From positions 5,580,001 to 5,644,000 of the forward strand of contig NC_134029.1 of NCBI RefSeq assembly GCF_964204645.1: a DNA stretch of 64,000 nt, given 5' to 3'. Both the position numbers and the translations under genes were made by a program. Shown here one piece after another: positions 38,401 to 53,400 of the stretch; position 1 is the stretch's first letter, and every line of letters starts with the position of its first letter. Under the pieces are notes generated by a model. The model did no database searches and was not told the origin of the DNA. It was given only the letters and a program-made list of their open reading frames with translations. The DNA is from Tubulanus polymorphus (lineage: Eukaryota > Animalia > Nemertea).

Positions 38401-41400
38401 ATCTTTGAATGAATTAATTACCAGAGTTCGTGCTTATTTTATGCAATTATGATATTGTTTTCAGAACTGCGGTGCTGATGATACCCCTTGCCCGACGATC
38501 TATCTCGAGAGATTGGGATTCGAGATTGATAAGCGATATTACGAAACGAAGCTTCAAGTGCTTCTTTCTCCATTGATCGTGCATGTAAAGGACTATCTCG
38601 AGGTACGTTCTCTTCCACTGGCTATTATTCACGTAATGATTCCGTCCATTCTTATGTTTAAACGATCATTATTCCAGAGACCTGAAAGTCAGAATCATTT
38701 GAACGAGGGATATTTGGCATTATCCGGACTACAGGTCAGAGGCCATGCGATGTTCTCGCACGAAGGTCTTCCCCTTGACTCGGAGACTATAGAGTATGGT
38801 TGGCTGATTGAAGTCATAGTTGGAGACATTGTCGGCAAACTGACTTCATCACAGGTCAGTTCAATGTGTCATACATATGTATATTCATAGCAGAATATTA
38901 TAGAAGAAAACTATGTATCGGTTTACAAGTCTAATTCAGTCTTTGATAACTTAACATAGAGTTTTAGAAGCTCTCAGATGTAACTATACCCCTACTGTAA
39001 AAGGTCTAGAAGACTAGAATATTGAATTTGCAAATGCTTATTAAACTGTCCTATATTGCTGCACTATGTAAGAACATCAATTAACATTATCATTGTTTCT
39101 AAGAATTTGACTACAATCCGTTTGGAGTCTAATAATATAGCGTGAAGAAAGAATACTGTTTTACATAAAATGAGTTTTATTTGTTTCTCATTCGTTTTCT
39201 CATAGTTACTCGACGTCGCGCAGTGTCTGCAGATGTTCGTATTTCTCGTCGAAGACATCGAGAATCAACTGCAGAATCCGATATCGTATAAACTGTGTCA
39301 GCATATGATCCCTCAGCCCGAGTGTAATAAACTGCCCGAGTACAGCGTCGAGTGTCCGACCGTCGACGAATTGAAATATCGTTTGACTCGAGTTTCCGTT
39401 GATAATATCGATGTCTGTTTGGTAGAAGCCGGATCATCGCTTTGTTTACAGGTACCGGTATATTTTACGAAATCAAACCTTTGGACTAGAAACTATTTTG
39501 CTCTTCCCGATTAAGGCGTCTTCCATTTCGATTATAAGGCTGAAATAAAATGATACCTTGTTTCTCCTAATCCGCTGGGTCACTTTTGTAAACTGCAATA
39601 AGATTTGTAATCAGTTCATTTGTATAGCTGCCGGCTTGCTTGATCATCATTTAAAAGAATGTAATGTACAGGGTAGATAGGCGGCCGACGGGGTCAACTT
39701 TCAAGCTCATCAGAAATGAGAAACAAGGTGTGAATTTTTTTAGCCTATTCTATCTGCGACTGTGTTCTTGTTCCCCCGTGTAATCCCCTGGTGAGAGAAT
39801 GCTTTTCTTCGTCATTCCCTGAGTCAGATATCGACGGTTTATCGAATCTGAGTCAATAAACAATTTTTTGATGGTAAAATGTTTCACCCGTTATTTGATA
39901 TATAGATTTGTGTTTTTCAATTGCATTTGATTATTTCAGATTTATCCGATAAGGCTATCAATGTGTAATCTTCACGGAACGAACAACAAGGCAGGAATCA
40001 CAGCTCTGATCCAAAACATATTTCTACGCCAGTTCATCATGTCGACGGCCTACGATTCCGAGCAGCCTGAATCGTGGCTGGAATCCGGAGGTCTGTGCTT
40101 GGGACCGATCAACGTAGATTCCGCGATGGCCCTCCCGTCGCCGGAATATCACAAAAACCAAGACCAATTTCTGAAACTGCACGACCAAAAATCGCATCGA
40201 TTGTTCTTCCTCTGGCCGCCGGACTTATCGAAAATGCAGGCGGCCGTAATCGGGAAATGCGGTTGCCTCGGAGGGTGTAAATTCTTTGGCAACAATACGA
40301 ACGGTTTGCGGTTTTTCCAGCCGAGTAAAAACGACGCGTACGAAGGCACGAATACGGCCGTTTTTCGAATACAGCCGGCCGGCGTCGATTTAGGCTTCGG
40401 GCAGAGTTTATTGAACAAGAATCAGCTCGTATTTGACGTGGGGAGTTACTACGAAGCCGGAACGCCGGAATCGAAAAGTTTTAACTTCACTCGCGGATAT
40501 ATGAGTCGCGTTAGTCCGGCCACGCCTACGACCAATACGTCGTTAATGGAGGAACTAGCGTACCTGGCTAAACGACAAACGTCTATCACGGAGACTGCTG
40601 GTAGCGACAGCTCGACGATTCGCTCCGAGCGATCGTCTCGCGTTTCCGACGACTTGTTCAACCGATCGAAAGGTTCGACGTTAGATTCGGAGGCGACGTT
40701 AGTCGATCAGGACAACGCCGAAACGGGCAGCATGAAAGATTTCATCCCGCTCGAAGAGACGATGCCCGATGTTTACGACACGAACAGTCCGACGTCAAGT
40801 AGCGACAACGTGGCGGTGAGCAGCGCGAGCAGCATTCCCGAATTACCGGTCACGTGGAGTAATCGAACGTCGCGTAAGAGCATCGACGTGCCTCCCAGTT
40901 ACGACCGACCAGCGACCGTACACGTCAGCGGACCGTACAGTCAACAGAGTTCGCCGACCCCGATGCATAAACTCGATTCGGTGTCGTCGCTCAGCACGCA
41001 ATACAGTTCGGCGCAATCTATGCAAGTCGTTGCGCGATCTGCGTCGAGGCAATCGATACAGCAAACGAGTCCGAGCATGTCGCACGCGGCGCATTCGCTT
41101 CTTAGTCGCGTCGGATCGACGGAATCGTACGCGGAAAGCGACCGGTTCTACTCCGCCGAAGAGGAACTAGGCACGCCGACGCCGCTGTCCGACTCGGAGA
41201 GTATGAAAGCGTTGATTCGTCAACAGTCGACGTCGACGATTGAAGAGGAAGAACAGGATTACGTTCTGACGAAACTCGCCGAGACGAGTTACTCGACGAC
41301 GACTTCCGAAACGTCGATGAACACGGCCGTGTTGGACACGACTCCGACCAACTCGGATTTATCGCTGAATAAATCTCCGTATCGGCGACAGTCGTCGGTT

Positions 41401-44400
41401 CATCGTCAAATGTCGCGTAAACAAAGCATCGGCGGTTTCTCGATGGATTCGGTGTCGACGACTTCGTTCATGTCGGCGATGTCGTCTCAGGAGGATCTGA
41501 CGCTCGTCGATTTGCACTGTCAGATCAACCAGCCGATCACGCAGTCGCCGATACTGATGTCGTGCTATTCGGCGCACCTGACACAGGCGCAGGTGAAATT
41601 CTGGCGCACGAAACAACTGATGACCGAACAGCTTCCGCGGCCGTCGTTCACGAAAGTCGACCCGAACAATCAGCGCTCGTACGCGCCCGGCGTTATACCG
41701 TTGTTCAGTAACGTGCGCAACGGGTTCACGTGCGGCCAGATGGTCGTAAAACGCGACGTGCCGGAGTTTCCCGATTTGAGTACGCCGGTTAGCGACATCG
41801 TGTCGGAACCGTGGGATCACAAACCAGATATCGATGATGTGCAAATTCCACCAGGTAATAATAATGATGATACCGTCAAACCAGCTTAATTCAGATCGGT
41901 TTAATCCGGCTATTGATCTTTTTTCCGCGTATTAGGTCATGTGTATTTCTTGTTTTAGATGTTGCCGTTAGTGCGGAGGACAACGTGTCTAAAACTACAG
42001 CCGTTGTTAAATTATCCGGGTCGATCGACGCTCTTCTGACGCCATTGATGTTAGAATCGCTTCAAAGGTAAGTAGACCCCAGACTTTTAGAAAATTATAA
42101 TTATTTGAAGCAAAATATTAGAATTAGTACCTTAAGTACGGTATTGGTTCCATAAAAAAAGTTCAGAAAAGTTTTGAATTGTAAGCTTCTTGGCAAAGTG
42201 AATATTCAAATGCAACTCATTTGAGTTGAAATTCAATGTTGAGTCGAAATATTGAATTTTTACTTCATTTTTGGATGTTCAGATATATAGAAGCAGCTAG
42301 TCAGGCTTTGACTAATGCGCATCCGAGCGCAATACTCGACAAACTTCATATCATGAGCTCGAGTCAAGTTCAAGTTCAGCACAAACTCAAAAAAGAGAAG
42401 TACATCAAAGATTCACAAAATGAGACCGAAGACAAAGAACAAGAAGGCGATCAGACTTCACGCTTGCAAGTGATGTTTTCGCTATCAAAGGTAACGATTG
42501 CTAACATTGTCCATACTAGCAGAGATTTCCTTAGGAGCCTTAGAATCTAGTAAACCACCTGGGGCCAGTTGCTCAAAAGTTGGTAAGAGTTAAGCAGTGG
42601 ATAGTTGACATAGTGACAATTGAAAGTTCATTGTTACTATGGTATTTATTCACTGGTTACCTTTAACCAACTTCGGAGGAATTGGCCCAGTTAAGTACTG
42701 AAAACGGTCGGAGTTCTATGGAATGATATAATACACAACTAAGAATGAAACTGCAATATAAATACAACCATACAACCAATACAATGCTGCACGATATATA
42801 TTTGCAACAAACATAATGTGGATCAGGAACTGGGTTTTAAAGATAATCGTACCGGGTGACATCTATCAATTTCGATTTCATTTTAGATCAATATCTGCGT
42901 CCTGCAATCATCTATAGTTGAGGAAGTTATCAGTTTTTCTGCGTTGGACAATATTAAAGATCTGACATGCGTGTCGGTGCTGGCGTTCTGCTTCGATTCG
43001 ATCACGTGTCAGGTTTTGATCAACAATCGATCGTCGAAAGCTCTGGAATCGCCGGAGAGCACTCCGATAGACTCACACGGTATTTTTTGCATCCATCATT
43101 CAAAGAGTTGATTGAGTTAGTCACAGAGTGATATGCTGCAAAACTTTCATGACTAAAACAGTATCTAAATAGTTGTTATTGGATTGAAATTAACTTTCAT
43201 GATTTGTTGAGTGGTTTGGTTTTCATTTCAGGCGCTGGAAAGAAAGCAAGCACTCGCCTCGACGCTGACCAAGAAAAACCCGAAACTCAAACCGAAGAGA
43301 TGGTCGGAAATCTTCATCTTAAACGTATACATTGTCAACTGAGACGTTTGACAAAAAATTCGAACTTTTCGTCAGACGTGATTCTGACGGCGATCCCGGA
43401 ACATCGGTCGAAAGTTCTATTTACGTTCGATTGTCAGGATATGGCGCAAACGCCGACCCCGACTCACAACATGCGGTCTGATTTCCCCGATATATCGCAG
43501 TCGGGTGTCATTATTTTCGAGTGCGGTCTCGAAGATATCGATTTGAAGGCGGCGAAACGCAGCGGTTACCCGGACCCGGTCGCTGAAGAGTGCGAGAAAA
43601 AGAAATCTGAAGTGCTCGAAGAAATAGCGTCGGCGCAAATGAAACAAAAACTCAGCGAGGCCAAAACGGCGAAAGAGAAGGAAGATAGCGCCACCAATGC
43701 TCAACAAGCAGCGCCTCCTACATCCTCGACGAGTCCGTATCCTTCATCTTCAGGTGCGGAGGATGTTCACGTTCAAATCGAAAAAGATGACGAAAAAGAA
43801 GCCAGTGCTAAGAGTGAGGAATGTGAAGGCTCTGTGAAGTGAGTGCTTACTATAATGAGTTAATACTATAATGATCTGATAAATCTGTAAGTCATAGAGA
43901 ATGATGTCCCTACCATAGTCGAAAATATGCATAACTTATTTCTAATTCAATCCTTTCAGTGCTGACTAATACCCGAAAGTGCTGGAAATAATTTAAAAAT
44001 TTGCTGTATTAGTTACTGATATTTAACTGTGTTCTGACATCTTTCATAAGCGGTAAAAACTAATTACATTACATTGCGATGCGGTGTACCAGCAATGTCC
44101 ATGACTGATTTATACATCGCTCTGCAGTGTAGATGCACTGAAAGGTTTAAAATATTCATTTTCTGATAGAAAATTCTCTATTTCTAACTAAAAATACTCG
44201 TTTCAGGTCACGCATTTCTATTCCGTCTGCTGAAGTCAACTGTGATAGTGATACGGATACACTTACCGATGAAGGATTGAAAGGCGATGCTTCCAGTTGC
44301 GTTCTAGAATTCAAGATGGCTTGGTTTAACTTTGCTTCACCGCCGAGAATGCCGAATAAACGCAAAGTCGATTTCACGAGGTATGAAACAATGGAGGCCA

Positions 44401-47400
44401 TGATTCCGAAATTCTCACTGGATATAATATGAAATATCATTCAAGCTCTGTATCTTTATCTTATCAATAGGTTAGATTGGAATTTACTGAGCACGGTGAC
44501 GCCGGCTTTGAACGCGTGGATGAACCCCTCGGACAGGTTGATGGTCGCGCTTAAGAATTTGATGGCCGCAAATTCGCAGCGCGTTACGGCAGTGCTCGCA
44601 TGCATGATGACGGAAGCTCTAGAAATGCAAGGAATCCACATGCCTGTGCGGGTGAGATTTGTCTAGAAACTATTCTTCATTCACCAGCGCGATTTTTGCC
44701 ATGTTCTTCCGATTTGTAATCAGATTACCTTTGGCCCAGTAGGCTATTGATTCTTATATCACTTTCATCATTCACTTTTCTGTTTATTTCTGAAGTATTT
44801 TTTCATGAAACTGGTCTCTGGAAGAACAATCTTATCGATATTTTGATGAATTTTAAGTGAATTTCATTAATGTGAATTACTTGTTTGTATTACAGAGTCG
44901 ATACAACAAGACGACGCCTTTCTCAAAAGCCTTACAGTTAGACCCGTCGTGTCAACTGTTCACGGTGCTCAGGCGGTACCTCGTAAAAACTGATCTATCC
45001 ACGATCGAGGCATCCGTACACGAAGATACGATGCCTCAACTGGTAACGCTACAGAAAGGAATCATGGCCTTGACTCGTCAGTGGAAGAACGTGCTGTACA
45101 TGCCCACCCAGGGAAACTTCAAAGCGAAACGCGGCCTCGGCTATACGGTTCATTTCGCAATTCCAGATGGTGACTCGGGAGAAGAAGACGACAACGTGTC
45201 GGATAATTTCGAAGTCATCGACGAGAAAGCGTCGTTGATTCATATGAAAGAACTGCCGCTTAGTTCATCCATGCACAGCTTGACGGAGCCACCCGCACCG
45301 CGGCCCAAACCATTGATTCGTCAGAACTCGGCCCCGAATCTGAACGAAGGGAAGAACACACCGGCGAGTCAGAAAACGACGCCGAGTAAAAAGATCCGCA
45401 GTAGTATCCCGACGGTGGCCGATTCTCCGGCTCCGGGAATCGCGACGACCTCGCAACACGGCATGCTGTCACCGCTCGCGCGCATGCAGCGTAACGAGAG
45501 CAACATGAGTTTCGTGTCGGCGGCCAGCGTTCCGAACCTGACGACGCCGACGGCGGAAGGAACTCCGTCGCGACAGAATCTCGCGAAGAACCTCGCCAAG
45601 TTGGACGGTAAGAAAGACGACGACGATTTGTACCGGTGGATGGTTAAACAGCAAGAATATACTCAGCGAAAAATGGCGTCGAAAGCGTCGATAAATCCCT
45701 CGATCGGACAAGAGTCGACAATGCAAACAATATTGAGTCAATACAGTCACGACGAAAGCAGGGACGTTTTCTTTCCGAAATATGCGATGGCAGCCTTACC
45801 TCTGGCTGATGCTCAGGTTGGTACAAGCTCCCTCTCATCAACCTCATCGGTCTGCCATATAGGCCCTAGTGCGCATTTGTGAAGTGATTTCCAATTGCAA
45901 TGGTTATATGGTGCATATGTGCGCTATAAATTTCAAGTGCTTATATCACTATTTACTGAATTGAGTTATCTAAGATGTAGAAATGTTGATCATATACCGG
46001 GTACCGGTAATACCTTGGTTTTTTTTGGTTACAGGTATTGTTCAAGCCGTTGCTTGAAAGCATTGGTTTGCACATAAAAGGAATCAAATCATCGCCGTTG
46101 ATGAAGAATTTCGGCGGTCACCTATCTTTACAAGGCATTCTTCACAGCCTGAAAATTGACATCGTCGATTCGGATTTCAATTCGTTGAAGAAGAGTAAAA
46201 GTAAAAACAAAGGACGCCCGAAGGTTAGTGACGGTTTGTTATTGATGTTTCCTGAATGAAATACTGCTTCGATCGTCATCAGGTCATCTCTTCATCTTTA
46301 CGATTGCAGGTACCTAAGATACAAATCGACGCCAGTTTGGATGCCCCTGCATTCTTGTGCGAAAATTTCACGGTCGATATGAGCATGAAAGACATTATTG
46401 ACTTCGAGAAGGACGAAGAAGAACATAAAAGTATGAATAATTGCATTATCATGATATCAATAAGCTCACAAAGAACTGATGATTTATGCAGTGTGAGAGG
46501 TTAGCCCGTTTTGTGCAGGTCATTGGTTCGAACCCCATACATTACTACAGTTTCTGGGGCAAGACAGTATTGCCTCTTCCCATCAATAGAAAAAATGAGT
46601 ATCTGGTCTGATTGGTAATTCCTTGGGCTAGTAGTAGCTGGGATATTACTTCTCCCCAGAGAGAGATCATTCGTACACAGTCAGTAATATAAGTCTAAGG
46701 GTAATAATACTGGAATGGAGTATTACAGTGAAAAAGGCGCTATGCAAATTTTCTAAGATTATTTTCATGATATCATTAGCGGCCGCCACTGACCTGGAAA
46801 ACTCAGGGAATCAGAAAAATCTAGAAAAAATCAGGAAAACTCTGAAAAATTTTGTTAAAACCCGGAAAACCTGGAATTTGGGTGATACTACAGAGGACGT
46901 GTCTGTTTATCAGTACATGATTTTAATAATGAATGAATTGTAATATTTTAAGCCTAGAAATTTCTGATTCACCTGGGGAATTTTGTGTTATCACATGGAC
47001 TCAGGAGATTTATAAATGGGCGGAAAGTGGCCACCCTGAATAAGTTCACGAAGAACAGATAGATTATTTCAGGATTAACTATTATGTTCTTATTCATGCG
47101 TATTTGTAGCTGGAATGAGCAGTCGATTCGCATTCGCGATGGACGATTTGGAAGCTAAACCGACGACGACGCAGGTCGTGTTCAGCGTAAACGTTTACTC
47201 GATATCGCAACACGTCAACATGTCTCTACTGCGACTCGTTCATCAGTTCGTCACGATGATCGACAATGTGAAAGAAACGCGAATCGAACTGCGACACAAT
47301 CGCACCGACTCCGACACGAGCACGTTCCGCGGACATCGTAAACAGGGCTCGAAGAGTTCGTCGACCGGCACCGAGTCGCAGAGTTTAAAGAGCGATACGG

Positions 47401-50400
47401 CAAAAACACCATCCATGAATCCCACTGCAGGTATAATGATCCTCTTCATTAAATGATTATTTTCACTTTAATGAGGTTTTAGTGATTCATCCCCTCATGA
47501 GACCTTCAGGAAATACTCAATGGTGATTTTGCCTCACTGGTAAAGGTTTAACCAGTTGTGAGCTAAAAGGGATAGTTAATTTGGGGTTGATACCTGGCGG
47601 GAATTTAGGCAGTTTTGAATTGAAGGTATTCCAGTTTTAGAATAGCGATTCTAGATTACAAACTCTCTACCATGGCCTTCAATTTTTGGTCGAAATCCGT
47701 GCCAGAAGAGAATTCCGGATTCAGTAGAGACCAATCAAAACCTGCTTTGAGCTTAGATTTCAGTATTTCAGTTTACCTAGGCTTGCCTGCGGTTTCGAAG
47801 CATTTCTAGAGAATCGTGTATTTTATGATATTTTCAGGTACGAGTCCTCGAGTTGAGCGTTCGGTCGCCGCGTCTTCGCAGTCGAAACCAGCGCGTCCCA
47901 CTCTACCGAAAGATCTACCGCTCTCCAGTCGCCCGGAGCAATCGATCGCGACGCCGATGAAACGTTCTCCGAAAAGATTCTCATTTCGCAAGAAATGGGA
48001 ATCGGTTGGCGCTTCCGTGAAGCATCATCAGCTGCATCACCATCATCATCAAGCTCACAGCGCGTCTCAACCGAGCACGTGTTCACCCCTACTAACCGAA
48101 GCGGTCACCGTCGATATCATGAACGACACGTCGTCGCCGGCGCTCGCCGAAAAAACCATCGTCGACGAAATCAAAGAGATCACTCCGAAATGCTGGCGAA
48201 CGTTGTACCACCTCGTTGAACTGTACTCGACGATGCCCGAAACTAAAACGGTCATACGTAAACCGAGCATGCCGAAATTGCCGGCGATCTCCGAGGAGCC
48301 GGAGAAAGTGACGACCGGTTCGGTGGCCGCGTCGTCGTCGAAGACGTCCACGCTTCCGAAAGATCATAAATCGATGATCGACGAAATGGAGATGGGCGAA
48401 CGCAAACCGTCGACTCCGCCGATTTATCTTCGACAGACGGGATCCGTACCGAAAATCGGCACGTTTACTCAGAGTAAGTTTGGATGAAATCGTCGTCATT
48501 TACCGGCAGCTATTTCAGACGCTTATACCCACTCATCCTCACTGCCCTTCAGTCAAATGATTCTTCTGTGGTTTCAGGCCAGTTAAACCCCTTAAGGGTT
48601 CCAATTTATAATTGCACGAAAACCATTATATTCACTTCCCACCTATGGTTTTATTGAACGTGGATATGAAAATTAAAACTTTACAATAAACTTTTCAATT
48701 TCATCATTGCGGATGGAGCGTTCCAAATGTGGCTACGTTAATCAAACCAAAGCAAACTGAAAAAATGTTTGAATTGTTTGTTTCAATTTTGTATTTTCAG
48801 CGATATTCATCGGCGATCGAATACCGTTAGTCGTATTCGGCACGTGTAAAGTTCGTAGGACGCACATATCGGCGGCGCTGAGCGGTCTGAAACTGGAAGC
48901 TGAAGTTTCGAATATTCACTCGAGCGCCACTCATAAAGAGAAGATTAAAGGAGTGTCGAAAAGAAAATCATGCGAGTCGTCTGCTACCGCTTATGTTGGT
49001 CATACGATGATCGTGTTATTAGAGGGAACACCGCCAAATATGCAGTAAGTATTTAACTAGTGACTACTCAAAAAAGCAAGTCAAAAATATAAGTGGCCAC
49101 CCTGTTGAGTCTTTGATTCAAAGCAAGGGGAGGTGATTGAGTTGATTGAGTGAATCCAAATATTCACTTGTCAGATTACAGAGGGTACTTGAAATGGTGA
49201 TCTAAGGGGCCTTCATGCTTTTTTCAACACCCCCTCCAAATTCTATAAGCATTAAGGAGAAGTTGTTGATTTTTTTCCTCCCCATCCTCCCTTATTTTAT
49301 TTTTTTCTTTCTACCTGTGGAGTTAAATTTCACAATTATGGAACTGAAACTGTGTCCTAAGTAGTAATAAACATTGTCTTATGATTTTTCAACTACAGGA
49401 CGGTTGTAACTGTGAACATAACGAAATCAATGGCTGTCTATACATCCGTGATGAAGCGAGGCAAAGAGCATAATACGTGTTTTATAAATATCGGTAAAAT
49501 CGACGTAGATATACCGCATCACCCGATCGTACTTCACGGAATGGTCACTCGCAGTTCAAAACGTCTCTCGTCAACGTTGCAAGAGTTTATTCGACATCCT
49601 CCTCACAGACAGAGGTAACATTTAACCCTTCATTGCAAACTTCTACCACAAATCTGTGTTGTTTACCACAAATTAATTTCATCTCAAACTTCTTTGTTTT
49701 ATAGAGCTATGGATGTTACGGACACTTCACTTCCACTGTCATCGATGATGCAGGAAGTTGAAGAACCGAAAATAACTCGCCCGAAACTGCTCGTCAGCGA
49801 TAAAGCGAAGCCGTTGTCGATACATTTCAAAGCGATCTTGCAGGGTCTTACAATCGGAGCTTCACTGCTGCCCTCGCTCAGAGCTCAATACAGGGTAAGA
49901 GTAAGGACAGGTTCATATTTTAAGCCAAGGCCACATTTTAGATTTAGCAGTTCCATGATTTGTCCTCATGAACCAAGCCCAGGTGATCTGATATAGAAAT
50001 TTTGAATGAGGTAGTCTGTGTGCTAATCATGACAATGCCCGCTTGATTGAGAATTAATTACATAAGATCTCAAGATTTACTCATCTAACATGCTCTGATT
50101 AATCATTTTCAGATTGCTGAAGTCACTTCATCAGGTTTGACCGGAAAGAAAGCTAAATTCACATTGGATTTTACCTCACATACGCTGAGTTTCAACTCAA
50201 AGGTATAAACTGATGTACTGGGTATAAAACTTGATGAGTCATGAGTCAGTTCATCAGAAAGTTATTCTTTTTTAACGCTACTAAATTCAGCTGGCTGATT
50301 TTCTGTTGCCTCTTGACGCATGACGGTGACCATTTCAGATCTAATGAATTCTCATTCATTTTGAAGCGTTTTGCATCTACATTACATATACAGTACATTG

Positions 50401-53400
50401 ACTATTATAAAGACATTGTCAAATAACCATAACAGCGTAAACACAATAAATCTCATTTTCAAATGAGTAGGTAAATTTATTTGAAACATACATTTTCGGG
50501 TACATTCCCCTCATCAGGTACATAGGTGATGAGGGTCCCAGAAAACATTCGTTTTGAAAATTAGTTTACTTGCTCATTTGGAAATTAGATTTGTTGTGTT
50601 TAATGGTTTAATAGTTATTCATCTACCTCAACTCTCTACCGAAGATTAATTGTCAAAAAACATTATGAATTACAAGATCATCTTTGCGTAGGTGTTTATT
50701 GTTTTGCTAGAATTATTAGTCATTTTCGAGACCGCAGATCCGAATTGCATTATTTTCATAGATTCAAAAATTCCTAGAATCAGACAATATCTTTGCATGC
50801 ATGCATTTGATGTACAGAGCATCATTTTCATTATAATTTAGCCTCCCCATTTTATCATTTCTAACCGTAACTTCAAGAAAGCTGTATTTTTGCCCCTTTT
50901 CTGCGTTGCTATTATTTTTATCATGAACTCGTGTTTATTTTTGTTTGCCAGACTGATGTATTTTATAAGACTAGCAGACGATCTAGTCAGGTATTGTTGA
51001 AAACTATTGTCTAATAACCCGTTAATTCCTGGGTTTATCTCTCAAACCCCACCTATCCTTGCTTACCATTTCCCCGTCAAAAATCAGTACACATGCACAG
51101 ACACGTATGATAGTCATGTCGATTTCGAATTGGACTCTGGTAAGTGAGGATATGCATCCTCTGCGTTTGTGAAACAATAACTGATCACTATTCTATTAAC
51201 TTTACGCGTACGCAAGGAGAAATTTTACGGTTTCTTCCTAATACAGCTTGGTAGCCCCTCATCACCCCGGCATTGCATTACCATGTACGTGATCATTGTA
51301 CGTCGCTTAATATCTGCTTCGATATCATGCGCCATGTATGAAAATCTTAACGCGTTGACAATTTAAGCAAATTCGTAGAATGAATGCGTCGGTTCGACAC
51401 CAGAATCATCCATGGCTGGCTTGCCTAGCTTACGTAGGTAGTATTCTACCCCAATGAAAAATGAACCCGAAGTACAGTTCATTGTCACCAGAACTGCCTA
51501 CATTTCTTCATATACGTACGCGATGAAGATTTCCGTAACACTTTTGATTAATGCGCATGTGTTGTTTCGATTGGTGCACTGAATTGTGTTTTCATTTTCG
51601 CTTTTAGTTTTCGATGTGTTTCTGTGTATGTGTGTGAAGATTTGTGTTTCATAATGAATTGTAGTTACTGATTGTTGTCATTACCCGTCAATATACCTTC
51701 ATTGACGATATGTTTTTATGCCGCCGATAACCTTGAGTTTTTGGGGTCGTTTTTGCTTCTCGATTTTCGCTCGATAAATTTACTAACCCTAATTTCTACG
51801 CGGTTTAGGTATCGACTCCGGAGGCTCATTTGCCTTCATCCGCTAGTATCGACCTGCCACCTATCCACCTGTCCGCGCACTACCGATTGCAGTCGACAGA
51901 AAGCACTAAGTACACGGATAGTTTGTCGGAGGGTTTGATTTTACGCGAAGGCAATTTCTTCGATGCTGTAGCCGAGGTCGGATCGTTCGAACACAGTTTA
52001 ACAACAGACCTGCTCAATCATCTGGTCTTCGTACAAAAAGTATTCATGAAGGTAATAGCCTACCTATGTTTAGATTTATTGTTTTCTCGATAGATGTTTT
52101 TGTCGCTCTGCCACTCAATATATAAACGTTCTCTTTCTGAATTGTAGGAAGTGAATGAAGTTGTACAGAAAGTATCGGGTGGCGATCAACCGGTACCGAT
52201 CTGGAATGATGAAGGAAAACGCGTCAATCGCGATTCCCCGAAACCAGTTCTTTATTCACTTCACTTCCGATTCAAAGTGGGTGAACCTTCTTCGAGACCA
52301 AATGCAGATTTAGCTATCGTATCACCGTTAAAAACCTGATGTTACTACGCGATTTGTTTTCGTTTGCAGGGTATTCAAATCACGGCGACCACGCCCACTT
52401 CGAGTGCTGTACGATTAGAAACCGGAGTGATTGAATTAGATCTGTCAAACAGAGTTCAAACAGCCAGCAATCGCAGGCACACCAATTCGAATACTTTAAG
52501 AAGTAAGATTTCTAGATATCTAATATTGCTGTTCCCGATCGCTTATTTCTTATTTCATACAAATTTTATGTTTAATGAATGTTGTTTATATTTATATCTG
52601 TTATAGACAGCCATCTGAAATTGTTCGGTAAGGCTCAGGTTGATTTGAATCTGGCTCTTGGACAGTTGATTAAGGTATATTTATTAGCAGCATTTCCCTG
52701 TGAAAGAACTATACTGTTTATTCATCTTTCCTATTTGTCTCAATAGAATCCCTTGTTTGAAGAGGCTGAAGCGGAATTCAATATCATGGCTTTCTTCAAG
52801 ACAAGAATCGGATTGCGCAATGCTCTGCAGGTAAAGAATCGATATCTACAGCGAGTTGTATATTTTGTGTATGTGGACTTAATATACTGAAATCTGTGAA
52901 TTACTTTTGCAGGATGAAATGATTCCTGAGACAGCTGAAGATCAAGAAGCTTTATTAATTACTCTACATCGACCGATTATATTAGTGCAGCCTCATGCAT
53001 TCGATAAAGGTAGGAAATATCTTATCTCAGCGGTGAGATTGACAAATGTGAAGAAAATGTGAACAATTTCTATGAGTTGAAATTTCTCTAAAAACTAGTG
53101 TGAAAAACGGTGTACAATTTCATGAAATTTTGTGTGCAGAATATTTTCATTTGCTTCTCTGCAGAATGTGCTTTCTGTTCTGCCTTATGTATGCATACAT
53201 ATGTGCATGTATCATGTGCTCCTCCGCCTACTGTTTTGGAACTTAAGTCGGTTATTTTTATAGACCACAATGCCTATTTGCTTCGCGTCATCACAGCACT
53301 GTTTTGCCACTGTAAGAGTTAAAACTAAAGTTTCAAGCTGTTTCTCGCAATAAATTCTGTAATGAAAAATAAATTTTTCTGAAAATATGAATTAGAAGAA

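Noticed and set aside
40074-48499. Many antisense and alternative-frame ORFs over large BLTP1 exons
   Set aside because: Expected from GC- and NCG-rich codon usage, which depletes stop codons in other frames.
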